From: an uncultured Acidobacteriota bacterium
GTDB taxonomy: Bacteria > Acidobacteriota > Thermoanaerobaculia > Multivoradales > UBA5704
Assembly: GCA_963770895.1 (NCBI GenBank)
Contig: CAVYRF010000002.1
Coordinates: 4,800,001-4,864,000 of the forward strand
DNA: 64,000 nt
Direction of reading: 5' to 3'
Shown: positions 41,842 to 51,195 of the stretch, one piece after another
Layout: every line of letters starts with the position of its first letter
How positions within the stretch are numbered: position 1 is the first letter of the stretch
The notes under the pieces: model-generated
The model's input: only the letters and a program-made list of their open reading frames with translations
What the model was told of the DNA's origin: nothing
Databases searched by the model: none
Position numbers and translations under genes: made by a program

Positions 41842-44175
41842 ATGGTGGATTCGGCCTCCGACCCGACGCGTGCCCCGGCCCTGGTCTCCCCTCTGCCCCC
41901 GCCTGGGGCGGTGGCTGCGAGCGGGGGTGCGGTTGCTGGTGGGGCGGGGCTGCCGGCCGGCCGCCGGCTGCCGGTGGGTGCCGAGGTGGCACCCGGCGGG
42001 GTGCACTTCCGGGTGTGGGCGCCGGACCGCGAACGCGTCCAGGTGGTCTGGAGCGATCGGGAGGCGCCGCCGCCGGCAGCCGACGTGGACCGGACGCCGG
42101 GCGCGCCAGCGGGCTCGACGGATAAGACCGCGGGCTGGGCTTCGGCGGGCGACGGCGCGGGCCGGGCGTCGGCAGGTGACGGTGCGGGCCGGGTGGACGA
42201 AGACGGGCGGCGGGCGCCGGTCGACCTGCGCCGCGCCGGGCCGGAGGGCTACTTCGAGGGGTTTGCGGCGGGGGCGGCGGCGGGCGACCTGTACCGGTTG
42301 CGGCTGGATGGCGGTGACGCGCTTCCCGACCCGGCGTCGCGGTTTCAGCCGGAGGGTCCGCATGGGCCGTCTCAGGTGGTCGACCCGGCGGCGTTCCGGT
42401 GGAGCGACGGGGAGTGGCGCGGCGCCGGCCGGGACGGCCAGGTGCTCTACGAGCTGCACATCGGCACGTGCACCGGCCCTGGCACCTGGGAGGCGGCGGA
42501 GCGCCTGCTGCCGGCGCTGGCCGATTTGGGCATCACGGTGCTGGAGGTGATGCCGGTGGCGGAGTTCCCCGGCAGCTTCGGTTGGGGGTATGACGGCGTG
42601 GGGCTGTTCGCGCCGACGCGCCTGTATGGCGTCCCCGATGCCTTTCGCCGCTTCGTGGACCGGGCGCACGGCCTGAGCCTGGGCGTGATCCTGGACGTCG
42701 TGTACAACCACTTTGGCCCGGACGGCAACTACTTGAAGGCGTTCGCGGCGGGATACTTCACCGACCGGCACGCCAACGATTGGGGGGAGGCGATCCAGTT
42801 CGACGGGCCGGCCGAGGTGCGCGAGTTTTTCATCGCCAACGCCGAGCACTGGATCGCGGAGTATCACCTGGACGGCCTGCGCCTGGATGCCACGCAGGAC
42901 ATCCACGACAGCTCCGGCGAGCACATCGTCGCCGCCATCGGACGCGCCGCGCGGCGGGCCGCGGCGGCCCTGCCGCCGGGCCGGTCGGTGCTGCTGGTGG
43001 CGGAAAACGAGCCGCAGGACAGCCGGTTGGTGCGGCCGGCGGCGGCGGGCGGCTACGGGCTGGACGCGATCTGGGTCGACGACTTCCACCACGCGGCGCG
43101 GGTCGCCCTGACGGGGCGCGCCGAGGCCTACTACAGCGACTACGCGGGCTCGCCGCGCGAGCTGGCGGCGGCGGTGCGCTACGGTCCGCTGTTTCAGGGG
43201 CAGCGGTATTCCTGGCAGAAGCAGCGCCGCGGCACGCCTGCGACGGGCCTGCCGCACAGCGCCTTTGTCTACTTTCTCGAAAACCACGACCAGGTTGCCA
43301 ATTCGGCGCGCGGCGAGCGCCTGCACATGCTGGCCAGCCCCGGCGGCTATCGCGCGCTGACGGCGCTGCTGCTGCTCGGGCCGGCCACGCCGATGCTGTT
43401 TCAGGGCCAGGAGAGCGGCTCCGCGTCGCCCTGGTACTACTTCTGCGACCACCAGGGGGAGCTGGCCCGCGCCGTCAAGGCGGGGCGCCTGAAGCTCCTC
43501 GGCCAGTTCCCCAGCATCGCGGGCGAGGTGGCGCGCCACCTGCCCGCCCCGGAGGCGCTTGAGACTTTCCTTATGAGCAAGCTGGAAACGGATGCACCCG
43601 CCACTCGTACCGACCGCCTTGACAGCTCCGACCGCTCCGATGGTGCCGACCGCTCCAATGGCCGCGATCGCCGCGATGGCTCCGACCGCCGCCGGACAGC
43701 CGCCCTGGCCTTGCACCGCGACCTGCTGCGCCTGCGCCGCGAGGACCCGGTTTTCCGCCTGCAGGGGGCGGCCGGCCTGGACACCGCGGTCCTGGGGCCG
43801 GCGGCCTTCGTGGTGCGGTTCTTCGCCCCCTCGCCGGGGGCCGCGGCGGCGCCGGCGACAGCGGCGTCGCAGGGTGCCGGCGCGAGTCTGGCCGATGTCG
43901 CCGCCGGCGCCGACGTCGCCGATGTCGCCGACGGTCCGGGCGACCGGCTGCTGCTGATCAACCTGGGGCGCGACCTGGCGCTGGCCGGGCCGTCCGAGCC
44001 GCTGCTGGCGCCGCCGCCGGACGGGCGCTGGCAGGTGCTGTGGTCGAGCGAGGCGCCGGCCTACGGCGGGTCGGGGGCGGCGCCGCCGGAAGACTCCCAG
44101 GGCCGCTGGTGCATTCCCGGCCAGGCGGCGGTGGTGATGCGGCCGGCGCGGCGCGGCGGGGAGGTGGGCCGATGA
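41842..44175 (+). CDS. treZ: malto-oligosyltrehalose trehalohydrolase (GH13)
   Basis: FRVWAP, PDPASRFQPEGPHGPS, WGYDGV, DVVYNH, GLRLDAT, AENE, ENHDQ. Confidence 0.9.
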   Translation: MVDSASDPTRAPALVSPLPPPGAVAASGGAVAGGAGLPAGRRLPVGAEVAPGGVHFRVWAPDRERVQVVWSDREAPPPAADVDRTPGAPAGSTDKTAGWASAGDGAGRASAGDGAGRVDEDGRRAPVDLRRAGPEGYFEGFAAGAAAGDLYRLRLDGGDALPDPASRFQPEGPHGPSQVVDPAAFRWSDGEWRGAGRDGQVLYELHIGTCTGPGTWEAAERLLPALADLGITVLEVMPVAEFPGSFGWGYDGVGLFAPTRLYGVPDAFRRFVDRAHGLSLGVILDVVYNHFGPDGNYLKAFAAGYFTDRHANDWGEAIQFDGPAEVREFFIANAEHWIAEYHLDGLRLDATQDIHDSSGEHIVAAIGRAARRAAAALPPGRSVLLVAENEPQDSRLVRPAAAGGYGLDAIWVDDFHHAARVALTGRAEAYYSDYAGSPRELAAAVRYGPLFQGQRYSWQKQRRGTPATGLPHSAFVYFLENHDQVANSARGERLHMLASPGGYRALTALLLLGPATPMLFQGQESGSASPWYYFCDHQGELARAVKAGRLKLLGQFPSIAGEVARHLPAPEALETFLMSKLETDAPATRTDRLDSSDRSDGADRSNGRDRRDGSDRRRTAALALHRDLLRLRREDPVFRLQGAAGLDTAVLGPAAFVVRFFAPSPGAAAAPATAASQGAGASLADVAAGADVADVADGPGDRLLLINLGRDLALAGPSEPLLAPPPDGRWQVLWSSEAPAYGGSGAAPPEDSQGRWCIPGQAAVVMRPARRGGEVGR
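43609..43698 (+). repeat. five degenerate 18-bp tandem repeats inside treZ
   Basis: units like tccgaccgctccgatggt encoding TDRLDS-SDRSDG-ADRSNG-RDRRDG-SDRRRT. Confidence 0.7.
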
Positions 44176-46388
44176 CGCGGCTGATCACCGCCCTGGATCG
44201 GCTCCCCGAGGAGGGCGACCGCGCCGCCGACCTGGAGCCGCAGCCGGCGGAGCAGCTCGACCTGGCGGTCGCCACCCCAGCGCGGTCGCTGCTCTACCGC
44301 GAGTGGCTGGTCACCAACGGCCTGGGCGGTTATGCGTCGGGGACCTTGGCGGGCATCCCGACGCGGCGCTATCACGGCACGCTGGTGGCGGCGCTGCCGG
44401 CGCCCGTCGGACGGACGCTCATGCTGGGGCAGATCTACGAGGTTTTGCGCCTGGCCGACGGCCGCATCGTGCGCCTGGACGCCGAGCCGCAGGACCTGGC
44501 GCGGCCGGCGGCGGCCGCGGCGGCGATCGGCGCCGGCCGCTTGCGCGAATTCCGCCTGGTGGCCGGGCTGCCGATCTGGCAGTACGAAGTGGGCGAATAC
44601 CGGATCGAAAAGCGCATCTTTCTGGGCCACTTGCAGAACACCGCCTACGTGCTCTACCGCATGGTCGCCGGGCCGGAGACGCTGCGCCTGGAGGTGCATC
44701 CGACGGTGCACTTCCGCCCCCACGACGCGCCGGTGTCGACGCCGCTCGGGCCGCCCTACGTGCTGACCGCGACCGAGGACCGCTACGAGCTCTGCTCGGG
44801 CTGGCCGGGGCTGCCGCCGCTGCGTCTGTGGCTGGGCGGCACCAACGCCAGCTTCACCGTCGCCGGCCGCACCCTGGCCGGCGTGCGCTACGAGCTGGAG
44901 GCGCGCCGCGGCTACGACTCGGTGGGGGACCTATGGAGCCCCGGCCACTTTGCCGCCGACCTCGCCCAGGGCGAGGAGGCCGGCCTGGTGGCATCGACCG
45001 AACCGTGGGACACCTTGCGCGCGCTGGCGCCGCGCGAGGCGCTGGCGGCCGAGATGGAGCGCCGCGAGCGGCTGCTGGCGCAGGCCGATCCGCGGGCGCA
45101 GGCGGGCACCCCGGCCGAGCTGGTGCTGGCGGCCGACCAGTTCGTCATCACCCCCGGCCGCAGCGAGGATGCGGCGCGGGCGCGCGCCGCGGGCGACGAG
45201 GCGCGCAGCGTCATCGCCGGCTATCACTGGTTCACCGACTGGGGCCGCGACACCATGATCAGCCTGGAAGGGCTGACCCTGCTCACCGGCCGCCAGGCGG
45301 AGGCGGGGTGGATCCTGCGCACCTTCGCCCGCCACGTGCACGACGGGCTGATCCCCAACCTCTTCCCGGAAGGCAATCGCGAAGGGCTGTACCACACCGC
45401 CGACGCCTCGCTGTGGTTCTTCCACGCCGTCGACCGCTACGTCACCCTCACCGGCGACCGGGACACGCTGGAGCTGCTGCTGCCGACGCTGCGCGACATC
45501 GTGGAGCATCACGTCGCGGGGACGCTCTTCGGCATCCACGTCGATCCCGCCGACGGCCTGCTGCACGAGGGCGCCCCCGGCTACCAGCTGACCTGGATGG
45601 ACGCCAAGGTGGGGGATTGGGTGGTGACGCCGCGGCGTGGCAAGCCGGTGGAGATCAACGCCCTGTGGTACAACGCCCTGCGCCTGCTCGCCGGCTGGCT
45701 GCGGCAGGAGGGGCCGGAGAGCGTCGGTGCCGCCGAACCTGGCCCTGCCGCCGCCGGCGCCGATCGAGATGGCGAGCTGGCCACGGTCGAGCCGCTGGCG
45801 CACGGCCAGGCGGCGCGCCTCGACCGCCTGGCGGAGCAGGCGCGCACATCGTTCAACCGCCGCTTCTGGAACGCCGCGCGGGGATTCCTGTATGACGTGG
45901 TGGACGGCGAGCACGGCGACGATCCGGCGTGCCGGCCCAACCAGATCTTTGCCCTGTCGCTGCGCCACCCGGTCCTGGCCGAGGAGCACTGGCGGCCGGT
46001 CGTCGAAACCGTGCGGAGCCGCCTGCTGACGCCGCTCGGCCTGCGCTCCCTCGCCCCCGGCGAGCCCGACTACAAGCCGACCTACGACGGCGACCTGCGG
46101 GCGCGCGACGCCGCCTACCACCAGGGGACGGTGTGGGCGTGGCTGATCGGCCCCTTCGTCGACGCCTGCCTGCGCACCTATCCCCAGGACGCCGCCGCCG
46201 CGCACGCCCTGCTGCAGGGCTTCGCGCCGCACCTGAGCGAAGCCTGCCTGGGCACCATCAGCGAGGTCTTCGACGCCGAGCAGCCGTGGCTGCCGCGCGG
46301 CTGCGTCGCCCAGGCCTGGAGCGTCGCCGAGGTGCTGCGCGCCTGGCTGCGCACCCTGCCCGCCGCCGCGGCGGAACCGGCGGTCTAG
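44172..46388 (+). CDS. amylo-alpha-1,6-glucosidase (glycogen debranching enzyme)
   Basis: REWLVTNGLGGYASG, AGYHWFTDWGRDTMISL, LTWMDAK, YHQGTVW, GCVAQAWS. Confidence 0.93.
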   Translation: MTRLITALDRLPEEGDRAADLEPQPAEQLDLAVATPARSLLYREWLVTNGLGGYASGTLAGIPTRRYHGTLVAALPAPVGRTLMLGQIYEVLRLADGRIVRLDAEPQDLARPAAAAAAIGAGRLREFRLVAGLPIWQYEVGEYRIEKRIFLGHLQNTAYVLYRMVAGPETLRLEVHPTVHFRPHDAPVSTPLGPPYVLTATEDRYELCSGWPGLPPLRLWLGGTNASFTVAGRTLAGVRYELEARRGYDSVGDLWSPGHFAADLAQGEEAGLVASTEPWDTLRALAPREALAAEMERRERLLAQADPRAQAGTPAELVLAADQFVITPGRSEDAARARAAGDEARSVIAGYHWFTDWGRDTMISLEGLTLLTGRQAEAGWILRTFARHVHDGLIPNLFPEGNREGLYHTADASLWFFHAVDRYVTLTGDRDTLELLLPTLRDIVEHHVAGTLFGIHVDPADGLLHEGAPGYQLTWMDAKVGDWVVTPRRGKPVEINALWYNALRLLAGWLRQEGPESVGAAEPGPAAAGADRDGELATVEPLAHGQAARLDRLAEQARTSFNRRFWNAARGFLYDVVDGEHGDDPACRPNQIFALSLRHPVLAEEHWRPVVETVRSRLLTPLGLRSLAPGEPDYKPTYDGDLRARDAAYHQGTVWAWLIGPFVDACLRTYPQDAAAAHALLQGFAPHLSEACLGTISEVFDAEQPWLPRGCVAQAWSVAEVLRAWLRTLPAAAAEPAV

Positions 46389-46650
46389 GCCAGCTTGTCG
46401 ACTGGCACCCTCGGGCGAGGAGGGCTGCAACCAGATGTATCCCTTTTCGAAAACGATCGGAACATCGCGACGCCGTGGTAGCGAGGCCGAAAAGTTCCCG
46501 CTTCTTTCCTGATCAAGGGAACAAATGGGCCATGGGCGAACATGAAGCCTGCCCAAAGGTCCCTGAAAGTAGCTATAAGTTACCGATGTCGATCTCCGCA
46601 ACTTATTGTGCCAACTGGACTTAAGACGTGAACGCCAGTACATTCGCGGA

Positions 46651-47088
46651 ATGTGGAGCAAGGCCGACTTCGGACAGGCGATCGTGTTCATAGCCGAGAA
46701 GCTGGGACTGAATCAAAAGAAGCTGGCCAGCGCTCTGCACGTCAAACCCAAGACGATCTCTGCCTGGAAGCGCGGCGATCGGCGGCCCAATCGCGGCGCC
46801 ATGCAGGCGCTCCCCGATCAGCTGAAGTGCACCATGGCTGAGCTCGAATCCATCGCGGCCTACCATTCCCTGTGGCGCGACGAGATGAAGGGCAGGAAAG
46901 GCCGCCGCGCCGAAGGGACCACTCGCCAGGTCCCTGCCGATATGATCAGCGAACCCTCTGTCGAGTTTCATCTGGACGATGAAGATTGGGAGCGCCGATT
47001 TGGCCGCGCCGTGGCCGCGGTGGCTCGCGTTTGGGAGGAACGGCACTGGGCGAAGGGTCCGCCGCCGCCGGGTGCGTCCGATGTGTAG
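46651..47088 (+). CDS. XRE-family HTH protein
   Basis: LGLNQKKLASALHVKPKTISAWKRGDRRP; lower GC than neighbours. Confidence 0.8.
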   Translation: MWSKADFGQAIVFIAEKLGLNQKKLASALHVKPKTISAWKRGDRRPNRGAMQALPDQLKCTMAELESIAAYHSLWRDEMKGRKGRRAEGTTRQVPADMISEPSVEFHLDDEDWERRFGRAVAAVARVWEERHWAKGPPPPGASDV

Positions 47089-47141
47089 GTGTCCCGGCAG
47101 CGGCTTGCTATTGCGCCGGGCGGCCGGGCGAGGCTGCTGTT

Positions 47142-47765
47142 CTACAGCACGCCGGCCTTGAGGCCGGCGAGCAGCAGGAGCAGGACGCTTTGGGCGTCCT
47201 GGTGGGCGCGAGCGGGGGGCAGGGTGGCGGCCTGGCGGATGGCGTGCGGTTCGACGAAGCGGGACATGGCGGCGCGCAGGGCGGTGACGGCGGCGCCGGC
47301 GTCGGCGACGACGAACTCGCCGGTCTGGATGCCGTCCTGGACGATGCGGGACAGGTGGCGGCGGTTCTCGGCCAGGTGGTCGTCGATTACTTCGCGCGCC
47401 TCTTCGCCGGCGGCGTAGTAGGCGGCGAACAGCTCGGGGTCGTCCAGGACCTTGCGGCGCTTGGCATCGGCGAGGGCGAGAAACCAGGATTGCAGACGCT
47501 CGGCAGCCGGGCCCGGACGCTCGGCGATCGCAGCCAGCGGCGCGGTGATGGTGCCGAGCCACCGGCGCACCAGGGCGTCGCGCAGCGCTGCCTTGCTGGC
47601 GAAATGGCGGTAGACGTTGGCGTGGCTCATGCCCAGCGAGCGCGCCACGTCCACCACCGTGAGCTTGTCGACGCCGTGCTGGCGCAGCTGCCGCTCGGCG
47701 GCATCCAGGATGCGCTCGTGAGCGCGGGTCAGGGTGCCGGCGGCGGTTTCCGTCACATTTTCCAA
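47142..47765 (-). CDS. TetR family regulator
   Basis: RILDAAE..LTVVDVARSLGMSHANVYRHFASK. Confidence 0.92.
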   Translation of the reverse strand: MENVTETAAGTLTRAHERILDAAERQLRQHGVDKLTVVDVARSLGMSHANVYRHFASKAALRDALVRRWLGTITAPLAAIAERPGPAAERLQSWFLALADAKRRKVLDDPELFAAYYAAGEEAREVIDDHLAENRRHLSRIVQDGIQTGEFVVADAGAAVTALRAAMSRFVEPHAIRQAATLPPARAHQDAQSVLLLLLAGLKAGVL

Positions 47766-47768
47766 CTG

Positions 47769-48767
47769 CTAGCTGCGCTGGCCATCCAGGCCGGCCATCG
47801 CTTGGGCGGGGTAGCGGTCACCGGCCACGGCGCCGGTGGGGACGGCGCCTTCGATGCTCGCCAGGTCGGCGGGGGTGAGCTCCAGGTCCACGGCGGCCAG
47901 TGCGTCTGCCAGCTGGCGGCGGTGGCGGGCGCCCGGGAGGGGCACCACGTCCTGGCCGCGGGACAGGACCCAGGCTAACGCGAGCTGGCCGGCGGGCACG
48001 CCGCGCGCCTGCGCCACGTCTTCCAGGGCGGCGACCAGCTGCAGGTTGCGTTCAAGGTTGGCGCCCTGGAAGCGCGGGAAGCCGGCGCGGAAGTCGCCGG
48101 CGGCGCGCGGCTGCGCGGCGGCGGCGCGCGCTCCGACCAGTCCGCGCCCGTAGACGCCGTAGGCGACCAGCGCGATGCCCAGCTCGCGCAGGGTGGGCAG
48201 GGTCTCGGCTTCGACGCCGCGGCTGAACAGCGAATATTCGATCTGCAGCGCGGCGATCGGGTGCACGGCGTGAGCGCGGCGGATGGTGGCGGCCGAGACT
48301 TCGGAGATGCCGATGTGGCGCACGTAGCCCGCCTGCACCAGGTCGGCGACCGCGCCGATGGTGTCTTCGATCGGCACGTTGGGATCGACGCGCGCCGGTT
48401 GGTAGAGGTCGAGATAGTCGGTGCCGAGACGCTGCAGCGAGTAGGAGACGAAGCTCTTCACCGCCGCCGGCCGGCCGTCGAAGCCCAGGAACGCTCCCTT
48501 GGGATCGCGCTGGGCGCCGAACTTGACCGAGATGAAGGCGCGCTGGCGGCGCTCGCCCTTGAGCGCTTCGCGCAGCAGCAGCTCGTTGTGGCCCATGCCG
48601 TAAAAGTCGCCGGTGTCCAGCATGGTGATGCCGGCGTCGAGCGCGGCGTGGATCGTGGCGATGCTCTCGGCTTCTTCGGCGGGGCCATAGCCGCCGGACA
48701 TCCCCATGCAGCCCAGCCCCACCGCCGAGACGGTCGGCCCGTTTTTACCCAGCTGTCGTGTTTGCAT
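47769..48767 (-). CDS. aldo/keto reductase
   Basis: GLGCMGMS, LDTGDFYG, SLQRLGTDYLDLY, LQIEYSL; GGAGG RBS. Confidence 0.94.
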   Translation of the reverse strand: MQTRQLGKNGPTVSAVGLGCMGMSGGYGPAEEAESIATIHAALDAGITMLDTGDFYGMGHNELLLREALKGERRQRAFISVKFGAQRDPKGAFLGFDGRPAAVKSFVSYSLQRLGTDYLDLYQPARVDPNVPIEDTIGAVADLVQAGYVRHIGISEVSAATIRRAHAVHPIAALQIEYSLFSRGVEAETLPTLRELGIALVAYGVYGRGLVGARAAAAQPRAAGDFRAGFPRFQGANLERNLQLVAALEDVAQARGVPAGQLALAWVLSRGQDVVPLPGARHRRQLADALAAVDLELTPADLASIEGAVPTGAVAGDRYPAQAMAGLDGQRS

Positions 48768-48810
48768 CGGTTCACCTCCTGGTGTCAGGGCGGTGAGCAT
48801 GGCAGAGGCC

Positions 48811-48834
48811 ATGACGAATTACAAGTTTTGTCAT
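48811..48834. promoter_or_regulatory. putative TetR operator upstream of AKR-tetR operon
   Basis: ATGACGAA-TTACAAGT-TTTGTCAT inverted repeat in an AT-rich patch. Confidence 0.6.
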
Positions 48835-48861
48835 TTGTCACTAGAGTGATTGTGGTGGTGG

Positions 48862-50535
48862 TCACGGATGGTGCGGCGAGTCGAGGCGACGGCTCAGGAG
48901 CAGTTCCGGCCCGAGCGGACCCGGCGGATGGAAGAAGGCGGCCAACTGTTCGATCCCGTCGACCAGCCGCGGTCCGGGCCGGCTGAAGCAGCCGTTGGCG
49001 TCGACCGGATGCACGCGCCCCTGGCGCACGGCGCGCAGCGCCTGCCAGTGGGGCTGGCCGGCAGCCAGCGCCACCTGCGCGGCGGCGCCGGCGGCGTCGT
49101 AGCCACAGGGCATGGCGACGATGACGTCGGGGTCGAGGCGGGCGACGTCGTCCCAGCTCAGCCGGGCCGAGTGCTGGCCGGGGGAGGCTGCCACGTCGAT
49201 GCCGCCGGCGGCGGCGATCATCTCGGGTACCCAATGGCCGCCGGCAAAGGGAGGGTCCAGCCATTCCATCGCCAGCACGCGCGGCCGCGGCCGTCCGGCG
49301 ACCCGCATCCGCACCGCCGCCAGGCGGTCGCGCAGCGACCCGACGAGCGCCGCGGCGGCGGCGGCATACCCCGTCCGTTTGCCGATCAGCTGAATGTCGG
49401 CGAACACCCCGGCGAGCGAGGTGGGGTCGAGCGACAGCAGATCCGGACAGCGAGGAAGCGGAGCCGTGGCGGTCGCCACCTGGTCGGTCGAAACCGCGCA
49501 CACCGGGCACAGCTCCTGGGTGACGATGAGGTCCGGCGCCAGCTCGGCGATGCGCGCCTCGTCGAGGGCGTACAGGCTGGCGCCGCTCGCCAGCTGCGCG
49601 CTGACGGCCCGGTCCACCTCGGCGGCTCCCAGCCCGGCGGGCAGCGCGCTGCCCGTCAGCACCGGCAGCCGGCGCGCCGCGGGCGGAAAGTCGCATTCGT
49701 GGCTGACGCCGACGACGCAATCGCCGGCGCCCAGCGCAAACAGGATCTCGGTCGCGTTGGGTACCAGTGACACGATGCGCAGCGCGGGTGCCGGCGCCGC
49801 GGTCTGGCGCCGCCGGCAGTCGGTGGCCGCAGCGGTCGCGGCGGCTGTAGCGGTCGCGGAGACTACGATGACGGTTGCGGTGGCTGCGGCGTTAGCGGCA
49901 GTCGCAGCGGCTGTAGCAGTTGCGGGGATCGCGCCGGCGCGCGTTGTGCCCGACGCGGCCGCAGGGCCGGTGGTCGCTGCGGCCTTGGGACGTTTGGGGA
50001 TGAGAGGGGGAAGATCGGCCAGCTCGGCCGGAAGGGTGGCCCAGGCCACGGTGTCGCCGGTCCTCACGTCGCCGCCGATCAGAACCTCGGCAAAGGCGCC
50101 GCCGCGCCAGGGAAGGGACATGGCGCGCCGGAGGCCGGGGAACGCCTGGTCCATGCGCTCGCAGGGGCGCGTTTCGCCCACTACGCGCAGCAGGGCTTCG
50201 CCCAGACGCAGCAGGCGCCCGCGGCTATCGGCCAGCGGCAGGCCGGAGATCAGGATGTTGGCGCGCCGCGCGGCAGGGGACAGGGGGAGGCCGCCCAGCT
50301 CGTCCATCATTTCGGCCCATCGCTCTTCTTCGATAAGCGTCACCTGGCGGCGCCCGCGCTGGTCGGCATTGCCGTGCACGCCGCGGCCGGCGACCAGCGT
50401 GATGCGCGCCGCCGCATCCATCGGCCCCAGCTTGGCACGCTTGACCCACATCGCCAGCACGGCGCCAACCGACGCGGCAGCGCCGGCGACCACGCCCGCG
50501 GCCGCAACGCGGCTGGCATCGTCAGCGTGCTCCAC
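48862..50535 (-). CDS. MOSC domain fused via Ala/Thr linker to BtuF-like (cobalamin/iron-binding) domain
   Basis: MOSC: RQVTLI, RRANILISG, ETRPCERMD; BtuF-like: RIVSLVPNATEILFALG, VGVSHECDFP, EWLDPPFAGGHWVPEM, FSRPGPRL. Confidence 0.82.
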   Translation of the reverse strand: MEHADDASRVAAAGVVAGAAASVGAVLAMWVKRAKLGPMDAAARITLVAGRGVHGNADQRGRRQVTLIEEERWAEMMDELGGLPLSPAARRANILISGLPLADSRGRLLRLGEALLRVVGETRPCERMDQAFPGLRRAMSLPWRGGAFAEVLIGGDVRTGDTVAWATLPAELADLPPLIPKRPKAAATTGPAAASGTTRAGAIPATATAAATAANAAATATVIVVSATATAAATAAATDCRRRQTAAPAPALRIVSLVPNATEILFALGAGDCVVGVSHECDFPPAARRLPVLTGSALPAGLGAAEVDRAVSAQLASGASLYALDEARIAELAPDLIVTQELCPVCAVSTDQVATATAPLPRCPDLLSLDPTSLAGVFADIQLIGKRTGYAAAAAALVGSLRDRLAAVRMRVAGRPRPRVLAMEWLDPPFAGGHWVPEMIAAAGGIDVAASPGQHSARLSWDDVARLDPDVIVAMPCGYDAAGAAAQVALAAGQPHWQALRAVRQGRVHPVDANGCFSRPGPRLVDGIEQLAAFFHPPGPLGPELLLSRRLDSPHHP

Positions 50536-50710
50536 GTCGCTTTGCCAGCCGATCTCGCACCTCCCAGCGGTTGCGATGTAACCGTTCCCGGACCAGTCTA
50601 GCCCACCATCGCTCAGCCCGGAACCATCCCGCGTCCGCGCACCAAGCGGCCTGGCGCCACTGCAGTCCCGATCGCAGGACGAACCGCGCGCATTCGGCTA
50701 CACTCGAAGT

Positions 50711-50965
50711 ATGTCCGGCACTGGCCACTCACCCCGGGGTCCCTCTGCGCTTCCGGTAGGCGGTATCCGGCGCATCTCGCGCCGACCTGAAGGGCAGGAC
50801 GTCATCCGTGACGTCGCGATTTTGCAGTGCACGATCAACGAGCTGCGTGGCGCGGCTCTCGTGCCGAAAGGCGTGTACCGTTTCCTCAGCCACGCGGAGG
50901 CAGATGCGTGGATGATGCGGCAGATGGCGTCTACTCACGCGCGCCGGTCCTCCAAGACCTCCTGA
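50711..50965 (+). CDS. small hypothetical protein, overlapping partner of the nucleotidyltransferase remnant
   Basis: PKGVYRFLSHAEADAW motif; overlaps the next ORF. Confidence 0.65.
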   Translation: MSGTGHSPRGPSALPVGGIRRISRRPEGQDVIRDVAILQCTINELRGAALVPKGVYRFLSHAEADAWMMRQMASTHARRSSKTS

Positions 50966-51129
50966 CGCTCTGTGCGGCCCTCAACCGCACGGTCCAGGGC
51001 GTCGAGATCCCTGTGGCCAGCAAAGAGCTGCTGATCCGCATGAAGGATACTGTCCGGCCGAGCGACGCGGCCGACGTGGCTTTTCTTCGTCTGCGGATCG
51101 AGGAAGGCAAACACCACGGCAAGCAGTGA
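50908..51129 (+). pseudogene. nucleotidyltransferase-like gene remnant with in-frame loss of catalytic core
   Basis: GGAGG RBS + GTG; YSRAPVLQDLLTLCAALNR is joined directly to TVQGVEIPVASKELLIRMKDTVRPSDAADV; no GG/DxD motif. Confidence 0.6.
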
Positions 51130-51195
51130 ACAAGGCGCTGGGCGAGGCGCCTGCCTTGCCCTGACCGAGCCTGGCTGTGCTGGCTTTGATGGCCG

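Noticed and set aside
43609-43698. Tandem repeats as a possible CRISPR array
   Set aside because: Degenerate 18-bp units without spacers, in frame inside treZ, and no cas genes
46385-46543. 52-codon minus-strand ORF divergent from the XRE gene (MFAHGPFVPL...)
   Set aside because: No clear RBS or recognisable motif; cannot be supported
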